Shown here: piece by piece, positions 12,701 to 24,716 of the stretch
How positions within the stretch are numbered: position 1 is the first letter of the stretch
How the letters are laid out: every line of letters starts with the position of its first letter
Assembly: GCA_040954595.2 (NCBI GenBank)
Contig: CM082590.2
Location: forward strand, 5,952,001-6,016,000
Direction: 5' to 3'
From: Balanoglossus misakiensis
Lineage: Eukaryota > Animalia > Hemichordata
DNA: 64,000 bases
Made by a program: the position numbers and the translations under genes
The notes under the pieces: model-generated
What the model saw: the letters and a program-made list of their open reading frames with translations, nothing else
Database searches by the model: none
What the model was told of the DNA's origin: nothing

Positions 12701-15700
12701 AACACTTTATTTTCGCGAGGTAAAATTTTCGCGATATCAAGAGAAGCCACTGTTTCGCTAGTATTAATTTTTGCGTTCTCTTATTTCATTGACTGCATCG
12801 TTATCTTCAAAAAAAAATTTACACGAGTTTTTATTTTCACGCTACTTTGGCTCTCGCGTATTTCGCGGAAATTAATTGCTCGCGAAAATAAAGTGTTTTA
12901 CAGTATGTACATTCACTCTCATTGCATTGAAATTGCAGAGGCCATTTTCATGACCTTATAATTACCTGTACTTCTGTTGGTAGGAATCCAACATGTTGTC
13001 TAAAACCCCGACAGAAATTAACTCGGTTGCAGCTGTGGTAAATAAAATATGAAGTGAATTATAAAGGTGGATTTTCTCAAGCGACATATATTTGAAATGT
13101 TTCATGTTCCAGAATGTGAAATTTTGACAATGTCATACTCATGGAAGTACAAGATGTAATAAGGTCATATTGGGGTCATGTATTGGGAGAGTTATGCCTC
13201 AAGAATAACAATAACTGTGATCTAACTATTTAAAGGGACAAAGTCACTCACTCGCTGCCCTTGTTTCATTAATAATGTTTGATACAAGACACCGCTTATG
13301 TTATTCTACAAGTGGATATATAGAGAATGCACATTCAACGACACACAACTTCCATCCCGTTTGTAGGATTATACAAGAGTAAAAACTTGCCCAAAATGAA
13401 GAAATGGTAGAGAACGATTATTCATTTTGGCGAGATTTTTCACTCTCGTGTCTACAAGCGGGATGGAAGTTGTGTGTGGTGAAAGGGTTCAATTGCAAAG
13501 CTTGGCTCAGAACATCAACACCAAGACAAGCAGTTTCCAAGATTATCAACTGTAAATATGATAGTTCTTTTTGTCAAGGGAGAGAGTCAGTGTAATTGAA
13601 TTGTGAATTTTTAATAATCTGACAAGAGAATCTGTTTTGACAAATATCTGTTTTTAATTCCCTTGCTGCTTGTGAAGGCTTGGCTGCAAATGTGTTTTTA
13701 TCATCAGAGGTTATCAAATGTCGATGACCCACATCGACCCACGCAGTCATGTTGCATTCAATCATGGTGATGGCAATCTGATGTGATTATGAATTCTGTC
13801 CCATCGTAAATCCACTAATCTGCTAATCCGATCGCTAATCCTACCTGGCGATGAGAACATTTCTAGCAAAAGATGGAAGGTTAAACAAGTTGTGGTAAAA
13901 CTGTGGCTATTTGTTGATGGCTGTGTTCTCACTGATGTCTACAGGGTTTCGTCTACAGAGGGCGACAGGGGTTTTCCCTTCTGGGCCGAGTTCCATTGTG
14001 ACCCGAGTAGCCGCCGGTGACGTCATCCCATTCTAGTTAGCATGCGCATAAGCGTAACCCGGGAGATTTCAAACGAACGATACAAGTGTCGCAACCCATG
14101 TAAACTAATATGGCGACTGAGTTTGAAGATTTCTTGGTTTTGTGTAATTTTTTTGAGGATTTTGATGAATCTTTAGATTCTGCAGCAGTTTTGCAACTTC
14201 GGATAAATACTGCCATCATTGCCTCTCTGAGCTGTTTTTTTTTGCACCTAAAATACGTTCCGAAGATAAAAAAATTTGCCTAAGTTATCAAGGAATTTCA
14301 CAAAACCGTATATCCATAGATGCAAGCAATATTTCGGCATCCAGTCAAAGTTTTTCTGGGTATGTTTTTACTTTAGAACTGGCAGACACGTAACATGTAT
14401 CAGGTATGGTGCCTCATCAGCCTCATTGCATTTCGTCTGCACAGTCTTTGTCTGCACCACGTTGTTGAAGTTGCCCGTCATCTGGAAATTTGAATGTGAA
14501 CGTAACTGCCACCTGAGCGCGTCTGACGTCATTTGATAGCAAAGAATTCTTTATGGTTCATCAATAATGTGCCTGCAACCTCTGATGATGTTATTTGTGA
14601 TTCTTAAATTTTTTTCCCTGTTTTTTTTTTAGTGTATGTCTCCTGGACAGCTGATTCATGTATATGGCTTCCACCCTTGGCAGTCTTTGGACAAGTCCGA
14701 CTTCTCACAAATCTGCCCTATTCTGGTACAACAACTGGACACCCATTCATGTATACAAGAGACAGGATTGCAGGGGGAGGAACAGCACAACATGGAAGAT
14801 CGTGATATTTTTGCCATTGAAGGACACGGTCAGTACCCCCTTTTTGAATTATATATTTGAACCAATTTAAAAGGGAAGGGGTTGTTGCGCCGCATGGGTG
14901 TTCCCCTTGCACAAGTCAATAAGTGCTGCCAAATTCCTATGTTGTTTGGAAGTAAATGTCATGTCAAGAATAGTTTGACAAATTTTGTCGTGTCATTCTT
15001 AGTATATGCACATACATTCCATCTGAATCACATTTTCAATTGTGCATTTATTTAAAGCCCTAGTATAATTCCAAACTTGAGTTATTTTTTTTAATATGAT
15101 TGTTTGTGTATAAACTGGCCAGGTTTATTAATTGTTCTACACTGTGAAATATAAATAATTGCATGTAGTACTGTAAAACACTTTATTTTCGCGAGCAATA
15201 CATTTTTGCGAAATACGCAAGAGCCAAAATAGCGTGAAAATAAAAAGTCGTGTAATTTTGTTGTTGTTGAAGATAACGATGCAGTGAATGATATAAGAGA
15301 ACGCGAAAATTAATACTCGCGAAACAGTGGCCTCTCTTGATATCGCGAAAATTCTAACTTGCAAAAATAAAGTGTTTTACAGTATTTGGTTTTTCAACAC
15401 AGCAGAATTGTTGTTGGAAATTGAATACAAGTTTGGCCATGACTTCAACAATGTCAATATATTGGTTGTTTTGACAATCTGACTCTGATTAACATTTCAT
15501 AAAGCTATCCAGAGTAGAACAAGAAACAACAGTATAATACATTGGAGTAAAAATACAGAGAAAAATAGCCAACAGTTCAAGTTACTGGGGCTTTAATGGT
15601 AGTTAAACCTTCTATAATGGCCAGTCAAGGGACTTTCCTAAACTGGCCTTTATAGACACGTCAATTAATTCACATGTAAATTGCCAAGGGACAGTAATAA

Positions 15701-18700
15701 AGTTGCCACTATATAGAGGTGGCCACTAACACAGTTTGACAGTAGTGTATGATTGTAAATGCAATTAAAGGGACATTAATAGCTGTATCTTTTTGCTTTA
15801 TTTTCAGTATTTTTATTCAAATGCAATTTCTTGCTCTACTCCAAACAGCATGCTTATATATCCAGTACTCGACTTGTCAACATAGCCTGTATGTGTGTAA
15901 CGGCAAAATCTGCATTCTAGACCGGACTAGAATTCATTTGTCAACAATAGCAATGCTGATTCTATACATATTTGTTGTGTTAAAAAGCTGGACACTGGGC
16001 ATTTCATTGTGTTTTCGATACACTGAACAAAAATACTGAAAAACATAATGTTAAGTTACAGCTAATGGAGCTTTAAATGGTTTGTCTAATAGTTTAAAGA
16101 GACAAATTCCTCTCTCGATGCCATTTTCCCATTAATTATGTTTGATACAAACACCGTTTATGTCACTATACATGTGGATATATAGTGAATCAACATTCGA
16201 TCACACACACCTCCCAGGACAAAGTCTCTCTCTCGCTGCCATTTTTCCATTAATTATGTCTGATACAAGTCACCGTTTATGACATTATACATGTGGATAT
16301 AAAGTATATCAACATTCAACCACACACAACTTCCATCTCACTTGTAGACACGAGAGTGAAAAACTCGCCAAAATGAATAATCGTTCTCTCTGATTTATTC
16401 ATTTTGAGCGAGGTTTTACTCTGATATCATACAAGTGGGATGGAAGTTGTGTGTAGTCGAACGTTGATTCACTATATATCCACATGTAGAATAAGGTAAA
16501 TGGTGTCTTGTTTCAAACATAATTAATGAAAAGGGGCAGCGAGAGAGAGACTTTGTCCCTTTAATGTGCATGTGTATATGAACATTCAACCACACACAAA
16601 CTTCCATTCCCGCTGTATGACATGAGAGTTAAATCTCACCCAAAATGAATAAATGGTAGAGACCGATTATTCATTTTTTGGGGAGTTTTCACTCTCATGT
16701 CTACAAGTGGGATGGAATTTGTGTGTGGTTGAACGTTGATTCACTATATATCCACATGTAGAATAACATAAACAGTGTCTTGCAGCGAGAGAGAGACTTT
16801 GTCACTTTAACTCATGTTCCCTCATGATGCTCTATTTCCTTTCAGTCTGGGGCTATGGATTCCTTGCCATTACAGTGATCAGTGGCGTATCACTGATGGG
16901 TATACTGACTGTACCGTTTACGAAGCGATATCCCACCCTATACAGACGTCTCTTGTCGTATCTAGTGGCATTAGCCGTAGGCACTTTATCTGGTGATGCC
17001 GTCTTGCATCTTATACCTCACGTAAGTCCATGAAAGATGTATACAGTATATATACACATATTGACTGGCCATGAGGGCAATATGTGTTTTTACCTACCAT
17101 ATATACCCTTTAATACTTGGGTAAATAAAACATTGTTATTATTAAAGGGACAAAGTCTCTCTCTCGCTGCCCCTATTCCATGAATTATGTTTGATACAAG
17201 ACACCGTTTATGTTATTCTACATGTGGATATATAGTGAATCAATGTTCAACCACACAAAACTTCCATCCCGTTTGTAGGATATGAGGGTAAAAATCTCGC
17301 CAAATTGAATAAATGGTAAACACCGATTATTCATTTTGGCGAGTTTTTCACTCTTATGTCTACAAGTTGGATGGATGTTGTGTGTGGTTGAACGTTGAAT
17401 CACTATATATCCACATGTAGAATAATATAAACAGTGTCTTGAATCAAATATAATTATATGGAAAAAGGGCAGCGAGAGAGAGACTTTGTCCCTTTAAAAT
17501 AGCGTACGTCTGTAACCCGAGGTACTGGTAATCTTGCATATTAAATGACCCGACTTGACAATAGGCAATTGGGTGCCACGTGAAGAAGTTTTAATGGAGG
17601 CTTCCCGTAATGATATTGACCCCAGTCTACGACGTTCCCTGATTACGAAATCCATTTTGTATTTACAGTCCTTTACTGGTGAACACGACGATCATGACAG
17701 TGCAAAGAATGAAACTCACCATCTTGCTATTGTCTTGAAAGGATGTACTGTCCTGTTGGGAATTTATTTCTTCTTTATCATGGAAAGATTGATGAAAGTT
17801 CTGACTCACGGGAAGAAGAAAAGGGTAAGTGACTGGAACCAAGATTGTCTCAAATATGTCTTAAAGGGACAATATGGTCAAATGTGAGCTGATTCCAACA
17901 CTTGGGGATGGTTTATTGCTATCATATTATACCAGTATATTAGAATTTGGCATAAATCATTTACTAAAATGATTTATCTTTGGCACAAGTTCCAACCAAA
18001 GTATTTCATGATTAAAGGGACAAAGTCTCTCTCGCTGCCCTTTTTCCATTAATTATGTTTGATACAAGACACTGTTTATGTTATACTACGTGTGGATATA
18101 TAGTGAATCAATGTTCGACCACACACAACTTCCTTCCCACTTGTAGTTATGATTTTGATGAAAACAAGACAATGAACACCCAGTTGTCTTCTTTGTTTCA
18201 TATACTTTTTTTTTTGAAAATCTGTCTCCAAAGCCCATACTACTATGAGGTTACTACGAAGATACCACAAAGTATGCATGAGGACATAAGCGTCCGGTAT
18301 CGCCCGACGCGTAGCAGAGGGCGATGTGCTGTGCATACTTTGTGGTATTTTCATAATAACCTTATTATTATACATCTTACATCTCCGTTAATTCTTGTGT
18401 TGCATGTTACTTGGCTTTCAAAATGCCGATACAATCGATCGAAAACCGCTCAATTGACTCAGTGAGCAGCCATCTTTCTTTTTTTGTTTACGTGCGTTGG
18501 AGCGGGGGTGTCTTGAAACCGTCCGCATAACAACGCATACCTGTACACAGTGAGTTGGGGCGCCTTGAAACTTAAGGCGTATTTAACACGCGTTCCATAC
18601 GTTCCGGACAGCTCTTTTGTTGCATGCTAAATTCTATTGTTCTCGGTGCAAGATGTATAATAATAAACGTTTCTAAATCTTACTTTCTCAACAGCATGAG

Positions 18701-21337
18701 AAACACAGACATAAACACAAAGAGAGAACTCTCTTACATGAGGAAGATCGTAAATTTATTGGTGCAAAACTTCAGGGACACCATGAAAGACAAAATATGT
18801 CATGTGAATCATTACACCTGGTTACTGTGCAAACTCGTTCAGGTAAGAAAATTGAAAAAAAAACAGTGATAAAAAAGTAAATCAAAAAACAGTATAACGA
18901 AGACCGCTGGTATTTATACTAAAAAATTATAAAATATACATTAAAGGCACAAAGTCTCTCTCTCGCTGCCCTTTTTCCATTAATTATGTTTGATACAAGA
19001 AACCATTTATATTATTCTTCATGTGAATATATAGTGAATCAAAATTCGACCACACACAGCTTCCGTCCCGTTTGTAGGATACGAGAGTAAAAATCTCGCC
19101 AAAATGAATTAATGGTAGAGACCAATTATTCATTTTGGCGAGTTGTTCACTCTTGTGTCTACAAGTGAAATGGAAGTTGTGTGTGGTCGAATGTTGACTC
19201 ACCATATATCCACATGTACATTAACTTAAACGGTGTCTTGTATCAAACATAATGAAAAAAGGGCAGTAAGAGACAGACTTTGTCCCTTTAATTTCATTCA
19301 TGATGAAATCTTTGAATTCACCCTCTCGTACAGGCTCAGTTAGCTGCATTAAAGAAAGTGACTCAACGAATTCAATGAATCATTTGCATGAAAATAATGG
19401 TCACCACCATCACCATCATTATCACCATGGCGATGATCACCCGCACTACGACACCAATGAAAGCCATCCCCATGACGATGAAGATCCTGGGAAGTTGCAG
19501 CATGATGATGAAGAGACTGCCGTCCATCACCATGGACACAGTCATCACCATGGTAACCTGAAAGATCAAAGCATTGCATCTATTGCCTGGATGGTCATCA
19601 TGGGGGATGGCCTACATAATTTCAGTGACGGTATGGCTATCGGGGCAGCGTTTGCGAGCAGCTTGACAGGTGGCTTAAGTACGACCATTGCAGTCTTCTG
19701 CCATGAGCTTCCACATGAGCTAGGTAGGAACAATGTGTGATTATAATTATTATTAAAGGGACAAAGTCTCTCTCTCTCTCGCTGCCCTTTTTCCATTAAT
19801 TATGTTTGATACAGGACTCTGTTTATGTTATTCTACATGTGGATATATAGTGAATCAATGTTTGACAACACACAACTTCCATCCCACCTGCAGACACAAG
19901 AGTGAAAAAACTTGCCAAAATGAATAATCAGTCTCTTCCGTTTATTTATTTTGGTGAGATCTTTACTCTCATATCCCACAAACGGGATGGAAGTTGTGTG
20001 TGGTTGAACGTTGATTCACTATGTATACACATGTAGAATAACATAAACAGTGTCTTGTATAAAACATATTAATAGAAAAGGGGCAGCGAGAGAGAGAGAG
20101 ACTTGTCCCTTTAATGTTTATTTCAAAGTTTACATCCATATGGGAAAACAAGAACCTAATGTATATAAATAATACAGAGATCAGTGTTCTCCCTAGGAAT
20201 GTATGATAGAGTAATGGCTAATTTGCATAACAATATTATGAAATGTTATGTTAATTACGTTCTATTGTCTTCTCAAAATTAAACATGGCAGTTATTAGAA
20301 CATTTGTTGTTGTAAATACAATGATAGTTAACTTTTGCTCAAGACTGTATATGTGTATCAATAGATCATGTTTATGTTGTGATACACATAGATAATGGCA
20401 GGTAACTGCAGTTTTAAATTTTGTAAAATTTAGTGTAATACAAATAAACATAAACAATTACTTACGTTCTCTCATCAAAAATTTGGTGACCCATTAATAT
20501 TTAATGTTAATTGCGAGAGAAAATAATGTAGAGTTGTCTTGATTAAATAAATAAAAAAACTTTTATTTGCGAGGCACAATTTACCTTAGAAATTGTATAT
20601 CTGCATCTATCTATATAAACCTGACAGTGGTGATTTTGTGGTTTACAGGTGACTTTGCAATCCTTCTGACGACTGGAATGACAGTTAAACAAGCCATCAT
20701 GTACAGTCTGTTATCATCGGTTCTTGCATACATTGGTGTGTTCATAGGACTTGCATTGGGTAACATCAATACATTCAGTCTGTGGATATTTGCCCTGGCT
20801 GGAGGAATGTTTCTTTACATAGCTTTAGTGGACATGGTGAGTTCCCATTCATTTGTGACTTTATTTAAAGGGACAAAGTCTCTCTCTCGCTGCACCTTTT
20901 TCTATTAATTATGTTTGATACAAGACACCGTTTATGTTATTCTACATGTGGATATATAGTGAATCAACGTTCGACCACACACACCTCCCAGGACAAAGTC
21001 TCTCTCTCGCTGCCCTTTTCCATTAATTATGTTTGATACAAGACACCGTTTATGTTATTCTACATGTGGATATATAGTCAATCAACGTTCAACCACACAC
21101 AACTTCCATCCTGTTTGTAGGATATGAGAGGAAAAACTTGCCCAAAATGATTAGAAAAGTAATTCATATTTATTTGTTGTTGTTTTATAGATGCCCCAAA
21201 TGACCAACGCATCATCTGAAGAGAATGAAAGTCAATGCTGGCATCTTCTTCTGCAGAATCTTGGAATGTTAACAGGAATAGGCATCATGATATTAATAGC
21301 AATTTTTGAAGATCAATTTAGGAAAGCTCTTCAGTAG
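4482..21337 (+). CDS. slc39a10: LIV-1 subfamily zinc transporter, ZIP10/ZIP6-like; join(4482-5018,14633-14828,16846-17021,17669-17824,18695-18842,19334-19723,20649-20836,21191-21337), about 645 aa
   Basis: All introns are GT-AG with matching phases, and the total of 1938 nt is 646 codons. Motifs: signal peptide; ZIP10-type ectodomain [27 protein letters not shown]; CPILVQQ (CPALLY-like); [18 protein letters not shown]; [11 protein letters not shown]; the LIV-1 signature [12 protein letters not shown]; [13 protein letters not shown]. Confidence 0.93.
5075..5417. mobile_element. MITE family A
   Basis: Same TIRs, TTAA on both sides. Confidence 0.85.
5422..5582. mobile_element. TTAA MITE family B (AGGTATAC...GTATACCT)
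   Basis: TIRs and TTAA; other copies at 11641-11807 and 42750-about 42900 (truncated). Confidence 0.75.
10594..11072. mobile_element. MITE family A (duplicated right arm)
   Basis: Same TIRs, TTAA TSD. Confidence 0.85.
11641..11807. mobile_element. TTAA MITE family B
   Basis: TTAA|AGGTATAC...GTATACCT|TTAA. Confidence 0.75.
12693..12905. mobile_element. MITE family D
   Basis: Same TIRs, opposite orientation. Confidence 0.8.
13234..13480. mobile_element. MITE family A, truncated
   Basis: Left TIR and internal sequence only. Confidence 0.75.
14633..14828 (+). CDS. slc39a10: ZIP10-like exon 2 (CPxLxxQ motif)
   Basis: Poly-T AG acceptor; [12 protein letters not shown]...[14 protein letters not shown]; donor G|GTCAGT, phase 1. 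Confidence 0.88.
15169..15384. mobile_element. MITE family D
   Basis: Same TIRs. Confidence 0.8.
16098..16806. mobile_element. MITE family A, one full copy (16098-16560) plus a partial copy
   Basis: TIRs and TTAA; the partial copy ends about 40 nt before the exon 3 acceptor. Confidence 0.8.
16846..17021 (+). CDS. slc39a10: ZIP10-like exon 3 (TM1-TM2)
   Basis: [18 protein letters not shown]...[18 protein letters not shown]; donor GTAAGT. Confidence 0.93.
17146..17493. mobile_element. MITE family A
   Basis: TIRs, TTAA TSD. Confidence 0.85.
17669..17824 (+). CDS. slc39a10: ZIP10-like exon 4 (TM3)
   Basis: SFTGEHDDH...[19 protein letters not shown]; acceptor TTTACAG, donor GTAAGT. Confidence 0.92.
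18016..18146. mobile_element. MITE family A, left arm only
   Basis: TTAA plus left TIR. Confidence 0.75.
18695..18842 (+). CDS. slc39a10: ZIP10-like exon 5 (cytoplasmic loop; not in the ORF track frame)
   Basis: Acceptor CAACAG; [10 protein letters not shown]...[10 protein letters not shown]; donor CAG|GTAAGA. It bridges phase 0 to phase 1 exactly as the flanking exons require. Confidence 0.82.
18945..19287. mobile_element. MITE family A
   Basis: TIRs, TTAA TSD. Confidence 0.85.
19334..19723 (+). CDS. slc39a10: ZIP10-like exon 6 (His-rich loop, TM4-TM5)
   Basis: [43 protein letters not shown]. Confidence 0.95.
19757..20110. mobile_element. MITE family A
   Basis: TIRs, TTAA TSD. Confidence 0.85.
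20649..20836 (+). CDS. slc39a10: ZIP10-like exon 7 (TM6-TM7)
   Basis: [16 protein letters not shown]...[18 protein letters not shown]; donor GTGAGT. Confidence 0.94.
20869..21150. mobile_element. MITE family A, truncated, duplicated left arm
   Basis: Fills most of ZIP intron 7. Confidence 0.8.
21191..21337 (+). CDS. slc39a10: ZIP10-like exon 8 (TM8, stop)
   Basis: MPQM...[24 protein letters not shown]; TAG at 21335-21337. Confidence 0.92.
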   Translation: MPQMTNASSEENESQCWHLLLQNLGMLTGIGIMILIAIFEDQFRKALQ

Positions 21338-21345
21338 TCTATACA

Positions 21346-21379
21346 TGTTGTTGTAGTTGTTGTTGTTGATGATGATGAC

Positions 21380-21435
<56 letters not shown>
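21346..21435. repeat. (TTG)n(GAT)n microsatellite just after the ZIP stop codon
   Basis: Direct reading. Confidence 0.95.
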
Positions 21436-21436
<1 letters not shown>

Positions 21437-21858
21437 AAAAACATTTTAAAAAATCAATCTGTCATTTCCTGCTATTATTTGTCGATGTTGTAGATAACTG
21501 AAAAAGAACATCGTAATCGTGGAAAACACGACATCATCATCATCATCATCATCAACAACAACAACACAACAACAACATGATTCACTCCTCTATGCATGTC
21601 ATAGAGACACAAGTGCAAATATTATAAGTGGCAATCATGTCATGTTATTAGCTTTTACATGATATACTCAAGAAGTACCAGTCTTTTAAGGAAGAAAATC
21701 AGACTTTTAAAATTCTTAATATTATTAATTTTTCTTTCATATGAGATTATATAATATTAAATTTATTAAATTTACTTTTTGGCACTGCTTTTGACAGTGA
21801 AATCAAATTGGATCATGAAATTTTGCTGAAGTCAAACTGTGTTGACTTTCACATTTAA

Positions 21859-22043
21859 AGGGACAAAGTCTCTCTCTCTCACAACCCTTTTTTCCATTAA
21901 TTATGTTTGATACAAGACATCGTTTATCTTATTCCACATGTGGATATACAACATGTATAGTGAATCAACGTTCAACCACACACACCTTCCATCCCACATA
22001 CATAATTAATGGGAAAAAGGGCAGTGAGAGAGAGACTTTTCCC
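21859..22043. mobile_element. MITE family A, internally deleted (probable 3' UTR)
   Basis: Both TIRs are recognisable. Confidence 0.75.
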
Positions 22044-22465
22044 TTAATTGTCAATTTATAGATTAAATACAGAAAAGCAGTATGTTGCAATCTTTACCTT
22101 TACAATCATAAATTTTAATGGGTATAAACGAGATTTGGGTTCAATTCTCTACAGATAGCATGAGTCATTAGATAGGCCAGTGCTTTATGGAGGAAACAAA
22201 CACAAGTCGAGTGTATACCCGACTTTAGTGGGAGTTATTACTATTTTATTATATCAAAAATTTGATTTTATGGTATACTAGTATTACTGTCATGTTCTTC
22301 ACAAAACTTCATCAGAAAAACTGAATTACAGTGGTTGCATTTACGCAAAAAGTATGCGTATCTGATGCCACAAATTCTCACTTGACGCGAAAATCTTAAT
22401 CTATGCATCAATATTGATGCATAGGAAACAGCTGATCCAGTTGCACAATGGTAATACTGGCTGAG

Positions 22466-22677
22466 TACTGTAAAACACTTTATTTTCGCGATTTGAAATT
22501 TTCACGATATCCAGAGAGGCCACTGTTTCGCGAGTATTAATTTTCGCGTTCTCTTATTTCATTCACTTCATCGTTATCTTCAAAAAAAATTACGCGACTT
22601 TTTATTTTCACGCTATTTTGGCTCTCACGTATTTCGCGAAAAATGTATTGCTCGCAAAAATAAAGTGTTTTACAGTA
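22466..22677. mobile_element. MITE family D
   Basis: Same TIRs. Confidence 0.8.
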
Positions 22678-24449
22678 TGTCCAAAAATAGCACATTGTGG
22701 GCCTGGGATCAAAACAACCTCCAGAGCGTGCGAACTTTGTACTCAAAATGTAACAATTACCACCAGTGTGTGCGAACTTTGTACTCAAAATGTAGCTAAT
22801 TTTGATTAATGAATATTGAACTAAACATGTGATGATGTGTACGACACAGGCTGAAAGAAGTTTGATGCATTTTTTTTATGAATGTGTCAAAAATACACAC
22901 TCAAAAAAATGTTACCACGACCGCTGAATTAGCAGTACTGTTTTTTGCATTGCTGGTTTGACCTCACTTCCAATCAGAAGGACTAATGGTTGCATAATTT
23001 AATTTTTTTTTAAGGTGTAATGTTTTAAAGGCACCTGAGCTGAAACTGGATAAAAAAGTTAAGCTTTAAATAATATAAGGTTATTCACAAAATACCGGGA
23101 TTTATGTCCGAGTACATCGTGCAGCGCAGGTATTGTCCGAGACGCGCAGTATTTTGTGAATAACCTTATTATTATACACCTTTTCCGGACGTCCTTGATG
23201 AACGATAAAGAATAAATAGGCCGCTATCGGACTTTCTAGTTTTCAGACGCCGCCATGACGTAATTTGCATATCGAACACGCCTTCACCTCGCGCATCAGG
23301 TGATGCTAGTGTCGAGCTGCCGATGTCTCGCGCGCGACGTTCTACGCTGCAGCGATGAACGCGCTCGCCTGTTCGTTCACACATTCCTTCGACTGAAATT
23401 TCATCGAGGATTTTGACTTATTTCGCATCTTGGGCCACCAATAATTTTGTTTAATAACGACTGTGTACTTTTTATATAATTTTTTGTGAGAGTAGGTGCA
23501 ATATCATCATTGTTTACATCAGACAGCTGTGAGGTCAAAGGTCAAATATGCGTCCAATAACCCTGTGGGTTATGGGACTCCGCGTCCTCATTTGAATAAT
23601 TATTGGACGGTGATACCGCGAATTATTGTATTACGGAACTCCATAGGTTACAGCAGTAGGTGTATAATAATCTTATATATGCTTTTAATTATGTCTATTA
23701 AATGATATTTCATGATAGTATATTAAGATCAACACTTATTTATGTAAAAACGGCCAAAAAAGAAAGAAAATCGAAAATTCCTGCAATTTTTAAAAAAGTG
23801 CAATATTGCAATGAAAACTGAAAATGTAATGTCTCAGCGGTGTACATTTACTTCCATAAGTTCTAGTGGATGAGATCATGTTTCATTTATGAAGTTTCAT
23901 AGTCGGAAATGCAACGTTTTCATTGTTTCTTGCATTTTCCCATGGTGGCGGCCATATTCCTTTGTGGCAAAACTTTAATGTTTATCTGGTTAAAACTTGC
24001 ATATGCACTCATACATGTATATACGATAGTTCAGTGCCTACATCTGCATGGACTAATGAATTTATGATAATTATCCCAAAAGTTACAGCTTATGTGCCTT
24101 TAACTATCGCAATAATACTGAAATAATTCCTGAACTTGCAAATGGCTGATACAATAAAAAAAATGATGTTGGGATAGTATTATTTTAATGATTTCCGAAT
24201 GTTTTTAGTCTTTTAAGCAGAGTATCTTTCTTTGCTGACATCAGTAAATTTTAAAGTTTAAAGTTTTTCTTTAAATTTTTATAATTGTAGCTGACACTGA
24301 AGATCTTGAAAGAGAGATAGGCAGATTGGGTTTTAAATATTCTATGTGCTCGTTATGACATAATTGATTTTTGTTCAAATGTTTGTAATTTTAATAATTA
24401 TTGTTTTATTTTACATGTGGTACAGGGCAACATACTAGTATCCTATTAA

Positions 24450-24716
24450 AGGGACAAAATCTCTCTCGCTGCATTTTTCTCCATTAGTTATGTTTGATAC
24501 AAGACACCGTTTATGTTATTCTACATGTGGATATATAGTGAATCAACGTTCAACCACACACAACTTCCATCCCGTTTGTAGGATATGAGAGTAAAAATCT
24601 TGCATAAAATGAATAAAAGATAGAGACCAATTATTCATTTTGGTGATTTATTTCACTCTCGTATCTTCAGCGGGATGGAAGTTGTGTGTGGTTGAATGTT
24701 GATTCACTTTGTCCCT
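24450..24716. mobile_element. MITE family A
   Basis: TTAA|AGGGACAAAA...CTTTGTCCCT|TTAA. Confidence 0.8.

Noticed and set aside
1995-20151. Recurrent short ORFs of the type '[12 protein letters not shown]...'
   Set aside because: They are reading frames of MITE family A with no transposase motifs.
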